The notes under the pieces: model-generated | The model's database searches: none | What the model saw: only the letters and a program-made list of their open reading frames with translations | What the model was told of the DNA's origin: nothing | In this document: in pieces, positions 1-11,649 of the stretch | Layout: every line of letters starts with the position of its first letter | How positions within the stretch are numbered: the stretch's first letter is position 1 | NCBI GenBank assembly: GCA_013115145.1 | Contig: JAAPAO010000097.1 | Span: 15,347-79,346, forward strand | Direction: 5' to 3' | Length of the DNA: 64,000 bases | Source: Perkinsus chesapeaki ATCC PRA-425 | Lineage: Eukaryota; Protista; Perkinsozoa | Made by a program: the position numbers and the translations under genes

Positions 1-950
1 GAGTACGCGATACGAGCCCTGATCCCGAATACGACTACTTCAATTCCATCTCAACTTCCTTTAGCTCTTCATTCTCTCCCTCATCAGGTCCCATGTCATA
101 GGCCTCCTTCAACAACTTTAGACCTGATACCAATACTTCATCAAACGCCAATCGATCACAAAAGTAGCTACTACTGATAAGCTGCAATATGCTTGTTATC
201 ATCAGTACAGAAGCTATAAGATCTCCAACACAAATACCCGCTAAACCTAGCTAGCATTCTAAGCTATAGCCTACCGATCTGGTATGCCTCAGTTCTTACG
301 GGTGCGCAAATGAGTATCTTTTATACTTCACCTGCTATGTTATGTGTTTATTGTGAGCGTCGAGTTCATTTTGTGTTTCCTTCTTCACAAACATATTTCC
401 TACAAAAACTACGCGTTGCCATCACTTTCTATTGAAACTGAGGATCACTATATTTCTGAAGCTTGACAAATTTCAACCAGACCACTTCATCGAAAATGGA
501 CCGCAGTCTTCTACTTAATATAATTCTCAGTGATATTTAATAGTTTTATTACTAATAACACAGCAGACACTATCCAACCGCCATTACAAACTTGAAAACA
601 AGGAGATCTAATAATGCACCCGCCAGGATTCGAACCCGATACCTTCCGCTTACCAAAGTAAATAAATAGCACTATGCAAGAATAATGTGTAAATTCTTTG
701 CTGAGTAAAGTTGGCAATAAAAAACCCAACACGGCCGATAAAACCTACCAACACAATCACACCGCGCACCACTCCCCCTCTCCCTCACCGTCATCAGAGC
801 CAAGGCTCCTATGGCCCCAGCAAAAACCACAACATGACTATGCTTCATCGACAGCACTGCAGCGATGAAGAAGGTCTTATCGCCAATCTCAGCGCAAAGT
901 ATCATCAGAAATGAAGCTACGAAAGCCCCGACAAATCCACTGCCATTCAT
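1..950 (-). CDS. GDT1: GDT1/TMEM165 (UPF0016) Ca2+/Mn2+ transporter, 5' part; gene runs off the left edge
   Basis: Family motif EIGDKTF in exon 789-950. Exons 789-950, 654-744 and 39-123 splice with GT-AG to give ...GALALMT|VLSAVLG...LFIYF|GLKLLKEAYDM...EELKEVEMEL. The second EXGD half lies outside the window. Confidence 0.9.
615..653 (-). pseudogene. tRNA 3'-half relic (Thr-like spacing) forming the first 39 nt of GDT1 intron 2
   Basis: Minus strand GTAA GCGGA AGGTA TCGGG TTCGAAT CCTGG CGGGTGC A gives anticodon 3' stem, variable loop, T-arm and acceptor 3' strand with canonical spacing. No 5' half in the upstream exon. Confidence 0.7.
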
Positions 951-1034
951 CGTGGATGATATACCTGACAGGCGGGCATACTGACCGAGGCCCGTGGGGT
1001 CGTATTCGGCCTATTGCTCCCGGGAAGGTACATG

Positions 1035-1308
1035 TTCCCTATCAAACATTCCATAGTAGCACCGATGATAGGAATAGATTCCCTATCGAACATTCCATAG
1101 TAGCACCGATGATAGGAATAGANNNNNNNNNNNNNNNNNNNNNNNNNNNNNNNNNNNNNNNNNNNNNNNNNNNNNNNNNNNNNNNNNNNNNNNNNNNNNN
1201 NNNNNNNNNNNNNNTTCCATAGTAGCACCGATGATAGGAATAGATTCCCTATCGAACATTCCATAGTAGCACCGATGATAGGAATAGATTTCCTATTGAA
1301 CATTCCAT
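1035..1308. repeat. 44-bp tandem repeat array spanning an assembly gap (Ns at 1123-1214)
   Basis: Unit CATTCCATAGTAGCACCGATGATAGGAATAGATTCCCTATCGAA starts at 1047, 1091 and 1257, with a gap-truncated copy from 1215 and a partial copy at 1301. Confidence 0.95.
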
Positions 1309-1827
1309 TATATCTCCTCAATAGGAATATATTTCCTTTCTACAATTGAACAGCGCACTACTAATAATCTTGCCATTTAAACCAAAGTTCTATACATTGG
1401 CACCTCCCCATTGTAACTGGGCAGAATTAAGGCTGCATCTACTACCAAGATGCCAAGGAGTCTCAATGCGGGATACGATCGCAATAATTGACTGTAAACC
1501 GGAACAGAAAAGCCCTACTGGAAAATCCCATCAACTCACACACATGACGAACCTCATGATATTATAAAGGGTGCACGCGCAAGCTGAATGCCTTTCGAGA
1601 ACAACTGCAACGCATTTCTCACCTCGTGCAAATCTCGCAAAAAAACCAGTTTCCATAACAACTGTTGTATCACCCAACGCAAGCACAGGAGACACTAATG
1701 CCGCGGCGGCATTCAGCCTCGAAACCATAACAACTCACACCACTATACACAACACTCATAACATTACACCGGCGAGCCTCCGATTGCTCGTATTGAAAAC
1801 AAAAACCCAACACGTCTTCTCAAAGGA

Positions 1828-2743
1828 CTAAAACGGAGAATCCTGATCCAATGGCCAACCTATGAACGACAACCTTCTCTTGAAAGTATCACAGTTAATG
1901 ACAGACAATATTGATAAGCCATGATTACTAGAAGACTCTGCTGCTGGTAAGCAAAGATTAGACGCAACATTTAACAATACCACCAACAAGACTTGAACAA
2001 GAAAAGCTTTGATGCAGCTAGACCAAAAGCTGCCTCCGAGCACCTCTATGGCCTAGAGCAACAAAGATTTGTAGTGACGGAACTGATATAGTTATGCTGT
2101 TGTTAGCATCGAAGAACTGGATGGTTGTCTCTGAGGAAAATCGTTGCCGACGCGCTTCCAACAGCGACTTACGGTCAATCACCCCAGCAAACAATGCCGG
2201 CAAGTTGGTCGGGTCGTCGATAACCACTTTGTTCACACCGCCGCTGTCGAGCATGTGGAAGGGAACATGGCCGTTTGATGATGCTACGACTTTATACGGA
2301 TTTTCAGTGGCAACGATCCTAAGGAGAAGCGTAGGACCACCCATGGCAAAAGCTACCTTACAATCGGTCTATCATCCTGGTACTTTGGGTGACTTGAACT
2401 TCAGCTGAGGCGTTGCCACCGATCAGAGATATGCTACCGTTGAAGACGTACAGTCCATCCGGAGTAGGAGCCCCTAAGCAAAAAGATGTCAGGTCAGCAA
2501 CTCCGAACAAATAGTCACCTGGGGTGGATGTAGGCCTTGGAGTGGTCGGACCAGTTGGGGCAGCAGTTGTCGGCGAAGGCTGACTGGTCGGCGGCACTTG
2601 AGTGGTGGTGGTGGAGCTCGAGCCTAAAAACGGTCAGGTCCGGTTGGAGACCGTTGTCCTATACTACTCGAAGAGCATCCTGATAAATTCACAGCAACGA
2701 GGAAGGTCGCAACACTAGCAAAGGTGATTATGTCAAATCTCAT
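1828..2743 (-). CDS. Hypothetical secreted/surface protein with Pro/Thr-rich linker (multi-exon)
   Basis: Signal-like MRFDIITFASVATFLVAVNLSGC starting at 2743, then PTTAAPTGPTTPRPTSTP (2358-2610), then coding-like segments 2018-2344 and 1828-2043 separated by plausible introns. 3' end uncertain. Confidence 0.55.
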
Positions 2744-3394
2744 TAATGCGACTGGTAGTAATGACTTGCCGGCCTGACTTCCCCGTGCGTGGCTGTTTCG
2801 ATCTTGCGCGTACGTGCAGAAATGATTCGCAAGATTGCAAGATCCGAAACGACGCACGTATCGCAGGTCACCTAGGACTCCGCCAGGCAAGAGGAGCCGA
2901 CTTTATATGGGGCGCGGTTGCCCGAGCCGATTGAATATTGGCTGTTGGAGGACATATTCCGCATTGTCATCCAATTGTGGAAGCGAATCGCTTGGATTGG
3001 TTTTGCGCGACATTCCGAAAATATGGAGCAGTTTATCTCCAGCACCAGGAATCTTCCGGTTTTGGACTACAGCGATCACCAATAAACAGAGCTGCTCCAA
3101 AGGACAGTAACAATATTTTTAGCCTATGCTACCTGTCCTACCGCGAGACTCTCAAGGAACACGTCATCTTAGCCGCATTTTTAAACGCGCCTGGAGCTGA
3201 AGCTGCTGCTCACATACTGGGCTCCTGACCCCACACTGCCGCCTCACTTGGCCACGGTCTGACGATCAACTTGAAATGTTGATTACCCGACAGATTTGGG
3301 GAATGTACCATGGACTTCAAGCTTCACTTGGCCGCGAGTGATAGACTGGCCAAAACGCAATCTCACACCGGCGCTCCACGAGTCGTGGACCACG

Positions 3395-3807
3395 ACCCAC
3401 TAGCACCAACGCTTAACGTACCAAACTGGCGATTCCAGAAGTTCACAGAACTGGATACTTCTACGCAATCAATCTGTACTCTCCAAAGGCATCAGTAAAC
3501 AATCCCTTGGAGTCCAATAGTCGGAAAACGACCCAACCCGAGCTCTTGCCTGCGGTACGTAAGACAATCTCACGGCAGTCGAGTCGGTTGAGCCGACACA
3601 TGAATCTTCGCGAACCGGTGATAGAGATCGAGTGTTAGCGTCCAACCTCGGCCGTAGAACCTCGAACACTTCCGTTTATTAGTAACGGTGATTTGTAGCA
3701 ACCGAAAATACCAGGCTCCACACTGAGCCCGCCCTGAGCGAAGTGACGAACTTCGACACTTACACGACATACTTCTTCCAGTAGCGTCAGTGAACTCCCG
3801 TGACGCC
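3395..3807 (-). pseudogene. Decayed copy of the last C2-like domain of the 8546-10699 exon
   Basis: Collinear with about 8496-8903. Translates RHGSSLTLLEEV...EVRHFAQGGLSVEP...R*HSISITGSR...GEYRLIA*KYPVL* with two internal stops where the intact copy has E and K. Confidence 0.85.
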
Positions 3808-5125
3808 GCGTCGGCCCGTCAGCGATTCTCTGAGAATCGCTCCTTAGAGAACTGCTAAAGTTGGGGTCGGTAGCCTTTTTGGGTTGAGAAATCTAATGTT
3901 ACTAACATTACATCAGTCAAAAGCACGTATATCATATATGCGCTAGACTATCTATCTGATAATATTAGATATTCCAAATATGTAGAGTTTCTAAATGATG
4001 GAGTTGAGTTCATGACTCATGAATCATGAGTTTTATAAGTAGTGTAATCCTTGTTTTAATAAAAGATGACCTTGGTTATGATAAACATAAAAATGTTGAC
4101 GAGATAGACAAGACTAGCAAGATCCGAAATGCGATACTGCAATAGCGGTTCCCGTGGAGCTGTACTAGAGGCGCGGGAGCGCGGCGCAATAATCGGTACG
4201 GATTCAGGATCTCAAAGACGCAAATCAGCGCTGGCAAGTGATCAGTGGCTCTGTGAGAATATGAACTGTGATCATACTGCACGTCTGCGAGTGTCCTAAA
4301 TATGATTGTATCTTCAATTGCGAGGCATTCTAAATGCCGCATTCCTCTGTACGCAAGAGCGACTCCGAGCCGCGTTCAGCCGCTTGTGGGTCGGGATTTC
4401 GCTTTCGAAAGAGAAAGTCTCGGTCAGCTATCGACTCTGTTTAACAGATGGAGAGGCGCAGAAATTCATTGACGGCCCTCGCGAGCGTCGGAGACTGGAT
4501 ATATCGATCCCGCGATCTCGAGGTGTTCAACAAACTGGGGGGAAAGGTGTAGACAGAACCGGTTCCATGTTCACGGCTCTGTCGCGGCCCAACTGTGTTC
4601 TGCGCGGACGTGCGGGTTCTGTTGCCTTGCCTATATGCATTCGTCTTTGCCACCTTGTCAGACATTCACCGCTGCCTACTCGAAGCATGCTCACCACTCT
4701 CCTACTCGGCTTTCTCCACTGGTCAGAAGCTGTCAACAATTTCACGGATTCCCTGAGCGCGTGAGGAGGGATATACTGCAGACATCATCACAGCCGCCGT
4801 TCTCCACAACGATGCTGAATAAATTCGATGATACGATAATGATCCCATTCTGTCGCTTAGGTATGCCTTGCCAGGGAGCCGTAACCTCTCGCAGTTGGGT
4901 CGCTGGCAACAACTGTCCTTTAAACAGCTGGTAGACCACTCAAAAGGTAAATTCGTGCGGGCTAATGCGGAATGTGCTAGCCTACCCTTGCTAAGTATGA
5001 GACGGTTACCATGGGGCGGCTACCGGGACAGCTGCGTAGGCAGCTCCAGTGTAGATCTATAATAGATACAAATCAATAGAAACAAATATAATATATACAA
5101 GAATCAATAGATCATCTATTGATTC

Positions 5126-7121
5126 TTGTGTCACACAAGTTGTGTGTTACCTAGGAGTTTTCTCAGCGGGTGTTATTGGCCGGATAAGACACAAGCGCCA
5201 TTCGAAGAACTCTTCCAATTTCTAGGTCCGGGAGGTGGCACCTTTTTACAGCAGTATATGCAAGACTATTTTACTTTCAATCGGACAAATCCAGTAAGCC
5301 TCGCTTTATGAATTATGTAGAGTGTTCTCAGCTACGTCTTCTTGTGTGACCGTCGCGCTTCCAATGGACTCCTCGCAATAATGACAAATTCTAGAGTTTC
5401 ATCAGATAATCTTCTTGGCCATAAGTGCTTTGAGTCTCTCAAAGGCAAAAGAACTTGAAATTGAAATGAGAGGTGTGGCGCGGCAAGTTGAAGCGGCCAC
5501 GTTCGTACTGGAAAGAAGGCGAGGACAACTCGAACACATATCTCATCTTTCTGAGATCTGAAGCTTAGGTACACTGGTACTAGCAATCCCACACAAGAAT
5601 ACTCTACCGAAACGCTCAAGAGGTTGTTTTCGATGGAGCAGATTATCGCTGATGTCGCAGCCTTCGGGACGAACTTACAGGCCAAGAATCCTGGAGTGAA
5701 GATAGTCCTATTTGGATGCAGCCGTGCCGGGGCACGACTCTCTCGCACTACTCGGTCATATTCAAATCATCATTTCAGCTTATCGCCGCTCTGGCCCGAA
5801 AGAAACACGGGGACATCTTCATTGGAGCTGTCACGTCCTCAACTCCATTCAAGTTCAAACTGGCAAACGATGAGTAGGTCATCCGGGAAGTTTGAGTGGC
5901 TTGGAATCGGTTACATTACCGGCTATCTGTATAGAGCACATCTGGGCTTCATTTAGCCTGGGCAAAGCTCGTATAGTTATGACGTCGTGCAAATCGAAAT
6001 TCTGAGTTACACGTACTTCATGACTGTGATATACTGAGTCTTCTTAGGTACAACTCCGTCTTATCTCAAGACTTATCTAGCCCAAGCCTCGGAGGTAGTC
6101 CACAATGTCTGACTACGGTGAGTTATAAGAACCGTCACCCTTGCGCAGTTGTAATCTCTTGTAGCTCACCAACGCACACATGGATTTTGCCAAGTCCATG
6201 GAGACAGCCGAAGGACGCCGAGAGGTCGAGAAGAAACTTAAAATTTGTGATGGGATCCTCGAAGATGTGAATAATCAGATATACACGTGAATATTAATAC
6301 TATTCCGATTTTCATTCACATCATTGAGCTTGTCAGCACTGTTATGGGCAATCTACTAGGGACGAGTCTACAGTATAATGATCCTGGCTGTACAGAGAAT
6401 TACTGCAACATAAAGAAGATATGTGATAGACTCACAAGAGGAAGGTAAGGTCAAATCAGTTTCTTATCTCGTCCTTCTTATTTAGTGACGCTGCGCTCGA
6501 CAAGCTGGCTGACATCTACAATACAAATAAACCGCTCAAGCCTGGATATTATTGTCGAAGGAAAACGGCGAGACTATTTATTGTTACGTAATTTAATGGA
6601 TGAATGAATATACAGTTCAAACTTCCATGTGTTCATGACGGAAACCCCGATGTTTGCAGATTAAAGAATAGAATGTCCAACAGCTCACGAAGGTTAGGGT
6701 ACTTTGACGCATGCAACATTGCCGGGTTCCCGGAGTGCAGCAGCGGAAGCTGTCCTTTCTACACAAGTAAAAGCTGGGTTGATTTCTATCTTATGTTGTG
6801 CAAAGAAGGATTCGGATTATCCAAGGATGAGGTATGCTGTCGTGTGCAACAGATCGCGTGATTTCGAGGTGGCAAGATACTTAAGAACATCGCAGACTTT
6901 CAGCAGTACGTTGAGAAAGACTTGGATAAAACTACAAATATATTATCCATTAATGGTGATGCCGATCCTTGGTATCCATCTTCGATCACTAAAGCAAGAA
7001 TGGGCCTCGATATTATGTGGGTGAGATATCACAAATGCTTAAATATAATAGCCAACTCAAATTCCTCCGGCAGGTGAAAGGCGCGTCACATTGCTACTGG
7101 TGTGGTCACTCCGACAAGTAA
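5126..7121 (+). CDS. Peptidase family S28 serine peptidase (prolylcarboxypeptidase/thymus-specific serine protease-like), multi-exon
   Basis: S28 landmarks in order: TFLQQY, ATFVLERR|YTG, FSMEQIIADVAAF, VLFGCSRAG (nucleophile elbow), IGAVTSS, Cys-rich CNIAGF...CKEGFG, INGDADPW (catalytic Asp region), GASHC (catalytic His region). Start approximate. Confidence 0.8.
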
Positions 7122-7848
7122 GTAGTGAGAGTTGCTTATCCACTGAAACTTCTCCTTAGCGGTCAAGGTTCTGTTATCTTATTATTATCTTTGTGGAGTT
7201 CTTTGTTTGCTTACCGTAAAGTTATCCGGTTGTTTAATCAGGGACGTCGTAGACGGCATTCTCGATGTTGTGAATAAGTGGCTTGCCTAGCGGAGCTGTG
7301 CATCTCATAATCGCAGCCGATGATGATTAATACCCAGTCGGTGATACCGTATCAAGATGCTCACTTAGCGTCCTTGAGCATCGTATGCTTATTGTTCACC
7401 ACTGCTGCTAGTATGAACGGCTCGGCTCTGTTCTGTCGTTGTGGGCTGTGCTTTAATAACTCACTCTCAGCTCAGACACGTCATTTCGTAGTCAACTTTT
7501 TACTGGTAGAACTGCCGAGAGCCTTAACAAAAAACCGCGAGCCAGAGCCTTCGCATCCAGCAAGAAAGCTCAATCGAGATGCTACTGCCACGTTGCGTGC
7601 CTGGATACAGAATGTTGAACAACGTGGTAGAACATCATCCGTCGGATATCTATGTCGGACATCGGATGCCCCGTCGAAAATGAGATACTGTCTCAGAGAT
7701 ACTGTCTCAGAGACAGTATCACTTTAATGCAACCCCATGACTGAGCAGAAACATTGCATATCATACCGGGACAGTCCCGATCCGGTATATCATTTCTTTT
7801 TTTACGGTCCGTAAACCATTCGACGGAATGGAGAAGGGAGGAGAATAT

Positions 7849-8304
7849 TTATGATAAGCCCCTCGCTAAAGCCACGAACCGCACGACAGAAACTACGTTC
7901 TTACTAACAAAGTCGTCTCTATCTGCCACAATTGTAGAACTTCCGAAACAAGTAATTCGAATGTCCTCGTACTTGAGGCAAGTGAAACGTATGTGATCAA
8001 TATCATCTACAACATCAGTATTATTATTCGAACTGCATATTTTACAGAAATGACTGTCTACTTCCTTTATTCTAAACAAATAGTCTATACAAGCTGACCA
8101 ATGCCCACATATTATTTTATTCAGACTGCAAGTAATATATCTCTCCGGTACATCCACAATCGCAAGCAAATCTTCCATCTCCTCAGACAAAGTCATCATA
8201 GGCCAGCTTCGAGCCGTGCACGGCTCACCATAGGCCAAGCCACCTAACTTTAGTGATGACCAGAATATGAGAAAATATGTAACTGAAGAACTTAAAGGAG
8301 CCAA
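7849..8304 (-). mobile_element. 3' fragment of a non-LTR retrotransposon (C-terminal CCHC region)
   Basis: ICGHW...LFRIKEVDSHFCKICS...DDIDHIRFTCLKYEDIR fits the GH...C-x2-C...H-x4-C-x2-Y-x3-R pattern at the end of LINE ORF2. No RT is visible. Confidence 0.65.
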
Positions 8305-8545
8305 GAAGGTGGCCCACCTTTAATTCATAGGTTACGGAACGCAACGCCAATTGGGGAAGCAGTTTTGCAGAGACTTTTCCCAACTAACAACGCCACCTTC
8401 ACGCCCATGCTCCTCAGCACTCTCAGTGAGAGTCTCTCGCTTTCCCGCGAGGGATGAACTGGTGGAAAAGCAATTTTATGCTTACGCTCCACGACTCACT
8501 AGCACCAGGGCTCAACGTACCAAACTGGGAGTCCCAAACAGAAGT

Positions 8546-10699
8546 TCATAGAACTGGATACTTCTTCGAGGTTAATCTATACTCTCCACAGGCATCAGTG
8601 CTCAATCCGTCGGAGTCCAATGGTCGGAAAGCGACCCACGCCGAGCCCTTGCCAGCGGTAGATAAGTCAATCTCATGCCAGCCGACATATGAATCAGCCC
8701 TCGACCCGGTGATAAAGATCGAGTGTTCGCGTCCAGCCAGGCCGAACTCGGCTGTTGAACCTCGAGCTCCTTTTATTATTCGTAACGGTGATTTGTAGCA
8801 AAGGAAAATACTAGGCTCCACACTGAGCCCGCCCTGAGCGAAGTGACGGACTTCCACAGTTATAGAACGCACTTCTTCCAGTGGCGTCAGTGAACTCCCG
8901 TGACGGGGATGGCTCTTTAGAGAATTGCCAGAGTTGGAGACGGTAGCAGCCCCTGTGAGCGGCAACTCGCTTCTGGAAGTGGCCAGAACATCCTGTTCGA
9001 TCACTGACAGTGATCCTTTGACCTTAGAGTGACCCACTATGAAATCGAAGCCACCAGCTACGCTGTCGGGTGTCTCTGGTATGAGCTGGGGAGTATCCCT
9101 CATATCCTCTATTCCCGGCCTAGACGGGTCATTCCACATCTCGGACTTCCACGATACCGAGCTTCGAGTCAAGTCCTCAATGCCATCGCTTATGACCATG
9201 CGTAAACAAAGGCCTTGTTCAAATGTGATCATGTGTCTACTTTCAAAGTGTCTCACAACCGCCGTTGATATCTCCACTTTATCCGCGTTAAGAAGCGCTA
9301 CGACCAACTGAGTGTCCGGGTTAACCTCACCCAGCACCATCGCCTGTCTCAACGGAAGCCTTGCCTCGTGACCCGGCGTACATCTGATCCAAGCAATCTC
9401 GCCCGGCGATTCGCCAATCTGATGAAGACATACGAATGGCCATCTCTCTGGCTTGCTGGTCAAAAGAACTTTCAATTCTCCCGATGGCTCGAGTGAGATA
9501 GGGAACTCTTCATTTTCCTCAAGAACTCTCGGATCCAATGCCCCGATAGAAACCGCCGACCCTCCGGAATCCATGACGGCAAAAACGATAATTGAATCAA
9601 GATATGCATCCACAGCGACATCGCTGTTGAAAACAGCATTGTTATCAGACTCGACTCGTTTGGTGTAGTGGGGATCGCTACATGACATCTTGACGAGCTC
9701 GTCGGCGTCTCTCGACGGTAGCAAGAAAGTAGCACGAGCAATGTCTCCCGTACACGCGTTGAGTCGCACAAGGCATGCTTTCTCAGCTAAGCCAGTTATG
9801 CTGATCACCCGCAAGACATTTCGGTAGCGTCTACCATCTGAATGCCTAGCAGGCTCCGTCCAGGTTCTCACCAAGTTGGTAAGTTCGTCGATCGGCATCA
9901 GACTCCAGCTTAGGCGAACAGTCGCGCCGTCGAGATCCAAGCCGACGGAGCTTGGATGCAAACTTTCTTGCGTGAGATAATTCCGTAAATGGTATTCCCT
10001 TCTGTGCTGAGGGAATCTCATATCGGTCGCCGTCTCGAAGATTGGTATGATCACCGACCGATCTGCAGTGAGCTGGAACTGATCCTTACCAAGCACACAG
10101 TCTATTCTTCCCTCAAGGGTCCCCAGATAGATATATATCCAAGGTGTGAGCTCACAGTTTACTTCAATCATGCTCCACGAACAAGACGGGCAGAGCGAGT
10201 TCAATGATAGGATTACGGGACCCTCTTCCCGCGCTACAAAGTGACTAAATGCCAGTCCCGCCGTGGAAGAGCTCTCGCGTAAAATCAGAACCATTTCACA
10301 CTCGTTCTGTCTGCTAATCGCATCGAATCGCATGCAACCTGGAATGGCGCAACTTGCGGTGGCAGTTTCCTGGGTGAAAGGCGGGAGCCTCAGTTCTGCG
10401 AACGCCTCAGTATCGCCGTGAGAAGGGCACCGCTCAGATCTTTGTGGAAGACCAACTTTCACTGCCCACCGGACATAGTCTGAGCGAGCTGTGATCGTAG
10501 CTGGTATCGGTGGTACTAGAAAGTTGGAGGTGGAGCATCGCAGCCGTACGCAGTATTCTAGCTTATACTGATGCTGCTTATCCCAGTGGACCGTTAAATA
10601 ACTGGGAGCCCCTAAACGCGCCTTTATATTGCCAAAGAGGGCAGCCTCGTGCTCTACCGGATCACCAATAAACCTGCGAAGAAGCGACGATCCATCCAA
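8546..10699 (-). CDS. Large exon of a multi-C2-domain protein
   Basis: 717-codon open frame starting right after an acceptor-like CCAAG. C2-like segments: TKRVESDNNAVFN...IVFAVMD...IG...SGELKVLL and ITVEV...YVGWHEIDL...GEYRLTSK. Confidence 0.65.
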   Translation of the reverse strand: MDGSSLLRRFIGDPVEHEAALFGNIKARLGAPSYLTVHWDKQHQYKLEYCVRLRCSTSNFLVPPIPATITARSDYVRWAVKVGLPQRSERCPSHGDTEAFAELRLPPFTQETATASCAIPGCMRFDAISRQNECEMVLILRESSSTAGLAFSHFVAREEGPVILSLNSLCPSCSWSMIEVNCELTPWIYIYLGTLEGRIDCVLGKDQFQLTADRSVIIPIFETATDMRFPQHRREYHLRNYLTQESLHPSSVGLDLDGATVRLSWSLMPIDELTNLVRTWTEPARHSDGRRYRNVLRVISITGLAEKACLVRLNACTGDIARATFLLPSRDADELVKMSCSDPHYTKRVESDNNAVFNSDVAVDAYLDSIIVFAVMDSGGSAVSIGALDPRVLEENEEFPISLEPSGELKVLLTSKPERWPFVCLHQIGESPGEIAWIRCTPGHEARLPLRQAMVLGEVNPDTQLVVALLNADKVEISTAVVRHFESRHMITFEQGLCLRMVISDGIEDLTRSSVSWKSEMWNDPSRPGIEDMRDTPQLIPETPDSVAGGFDFIVGHSKVKGSLSVIEQDVLATSRSELPLTGAATVSNSGNSLKSHPRHGSSLTPLEEVRSITVEVRHFAQGGLSVEPSIFLCYKSPLRIIKGARGSTAEFGLAGREHSIFITGSRADSYVGWHEIDLSTAGKGSAWVAFRPLDSDGLSTDACGEYRLTSKKYPVL

Positions 10700-11649
10700 C
10701 TTGGATGATCAAAGAACAAAGCACCAAATTTGGTTAATTGCCGCCACAAATTGAAGTTAGGTGGCTGATTCGGGGGAGCTGCGCTAGCGAACGCTGTCCA
10801 GAGCATCCTTTGGGAATGTACTAGAGCCATCCTGGTGGGCATCAACGCCAGATGCATGAATATATTTTAAGGGGATCCGAGACCTTGCAAGTATTAATTC
10901 CAACGGCGTTCAATGAGCGTCGAGAGTGATACTAAGCATTGCTCATTAATAATATCACATACTATATCTATAAGCTTCACAGCGTGAATATGTCATCGAA
11001 CTTCGATTCGTGAATTTCGCAAAGTCAGAGGTGTAAACCTGCATGCCTCCGAAGCCTACCGTCGCTCCTTCCTTATCAAACTTAGCCTGACTTCCGCCCA
11101 GGTCTGTGACTGTATCATAGGTAATTCAAACGACACAACTTCCAACGGAGCGAGTCGACCACGATCTGGAGCTCGCGTACAAACCGTCTCAGGGTCTGGG
11201 TGATGACGCAGCTGTAATTTGAGAAAGCTGTCCTCATCTATTGCATGCCCCTCTAAGCTTTCTATTGAGGTTGGGCAGAACTGAAAAACTATAATGGCGT
11301 GCAGTCACATTGGGAAACGTTGTGGGATAATCACACTGAGATATTACGAATTGCCTGTATAGTGAAGTGTTTATCAGCGTGAGTCGACGTTATTAGCAAC
11401 TAGGGTGAAATTCAAGGTATTCGGTTCGGCTCACAGCACCGTCAAGTAGGGCACTCTGACGAGCTTTCGAGTGCCGTAAGGGTCACCGACAGATTCGTCC
11501 TTCCGGAAAAGTAATTCGGAAAAGCACATTTTTCCGGGCCAACCTGTAGTTTCTAATTGTGAGGAGGTCGAGGGCAAACTAGTGGAGCTCACGGAGTAGC
11601 TCGAAGCAATGGGACGTGATAGGTTTAAAAAAGGTTGGTCAGGAAAAAT

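Noticed and set aside
1035-1308. Hairpin-containing repeats that look CRISPR-like
   Set aside because: Units are contiguous and essentially identical with no unique spacers, there are no cas genes, and the context is eukaryotic.
3395-3807. Stop-codon reassignment suggested by in-frame TAA/TAG
   Set aside because: The stops replace different residues (E and K) and come with indels, which is ordinary pseudogene decay.
4076-5062. Cluster of 60-150 aa ORFs on both strands
   Set aside because: No recognisable motifs or consistent splice pattern. Possibly decayed mobile DNA.
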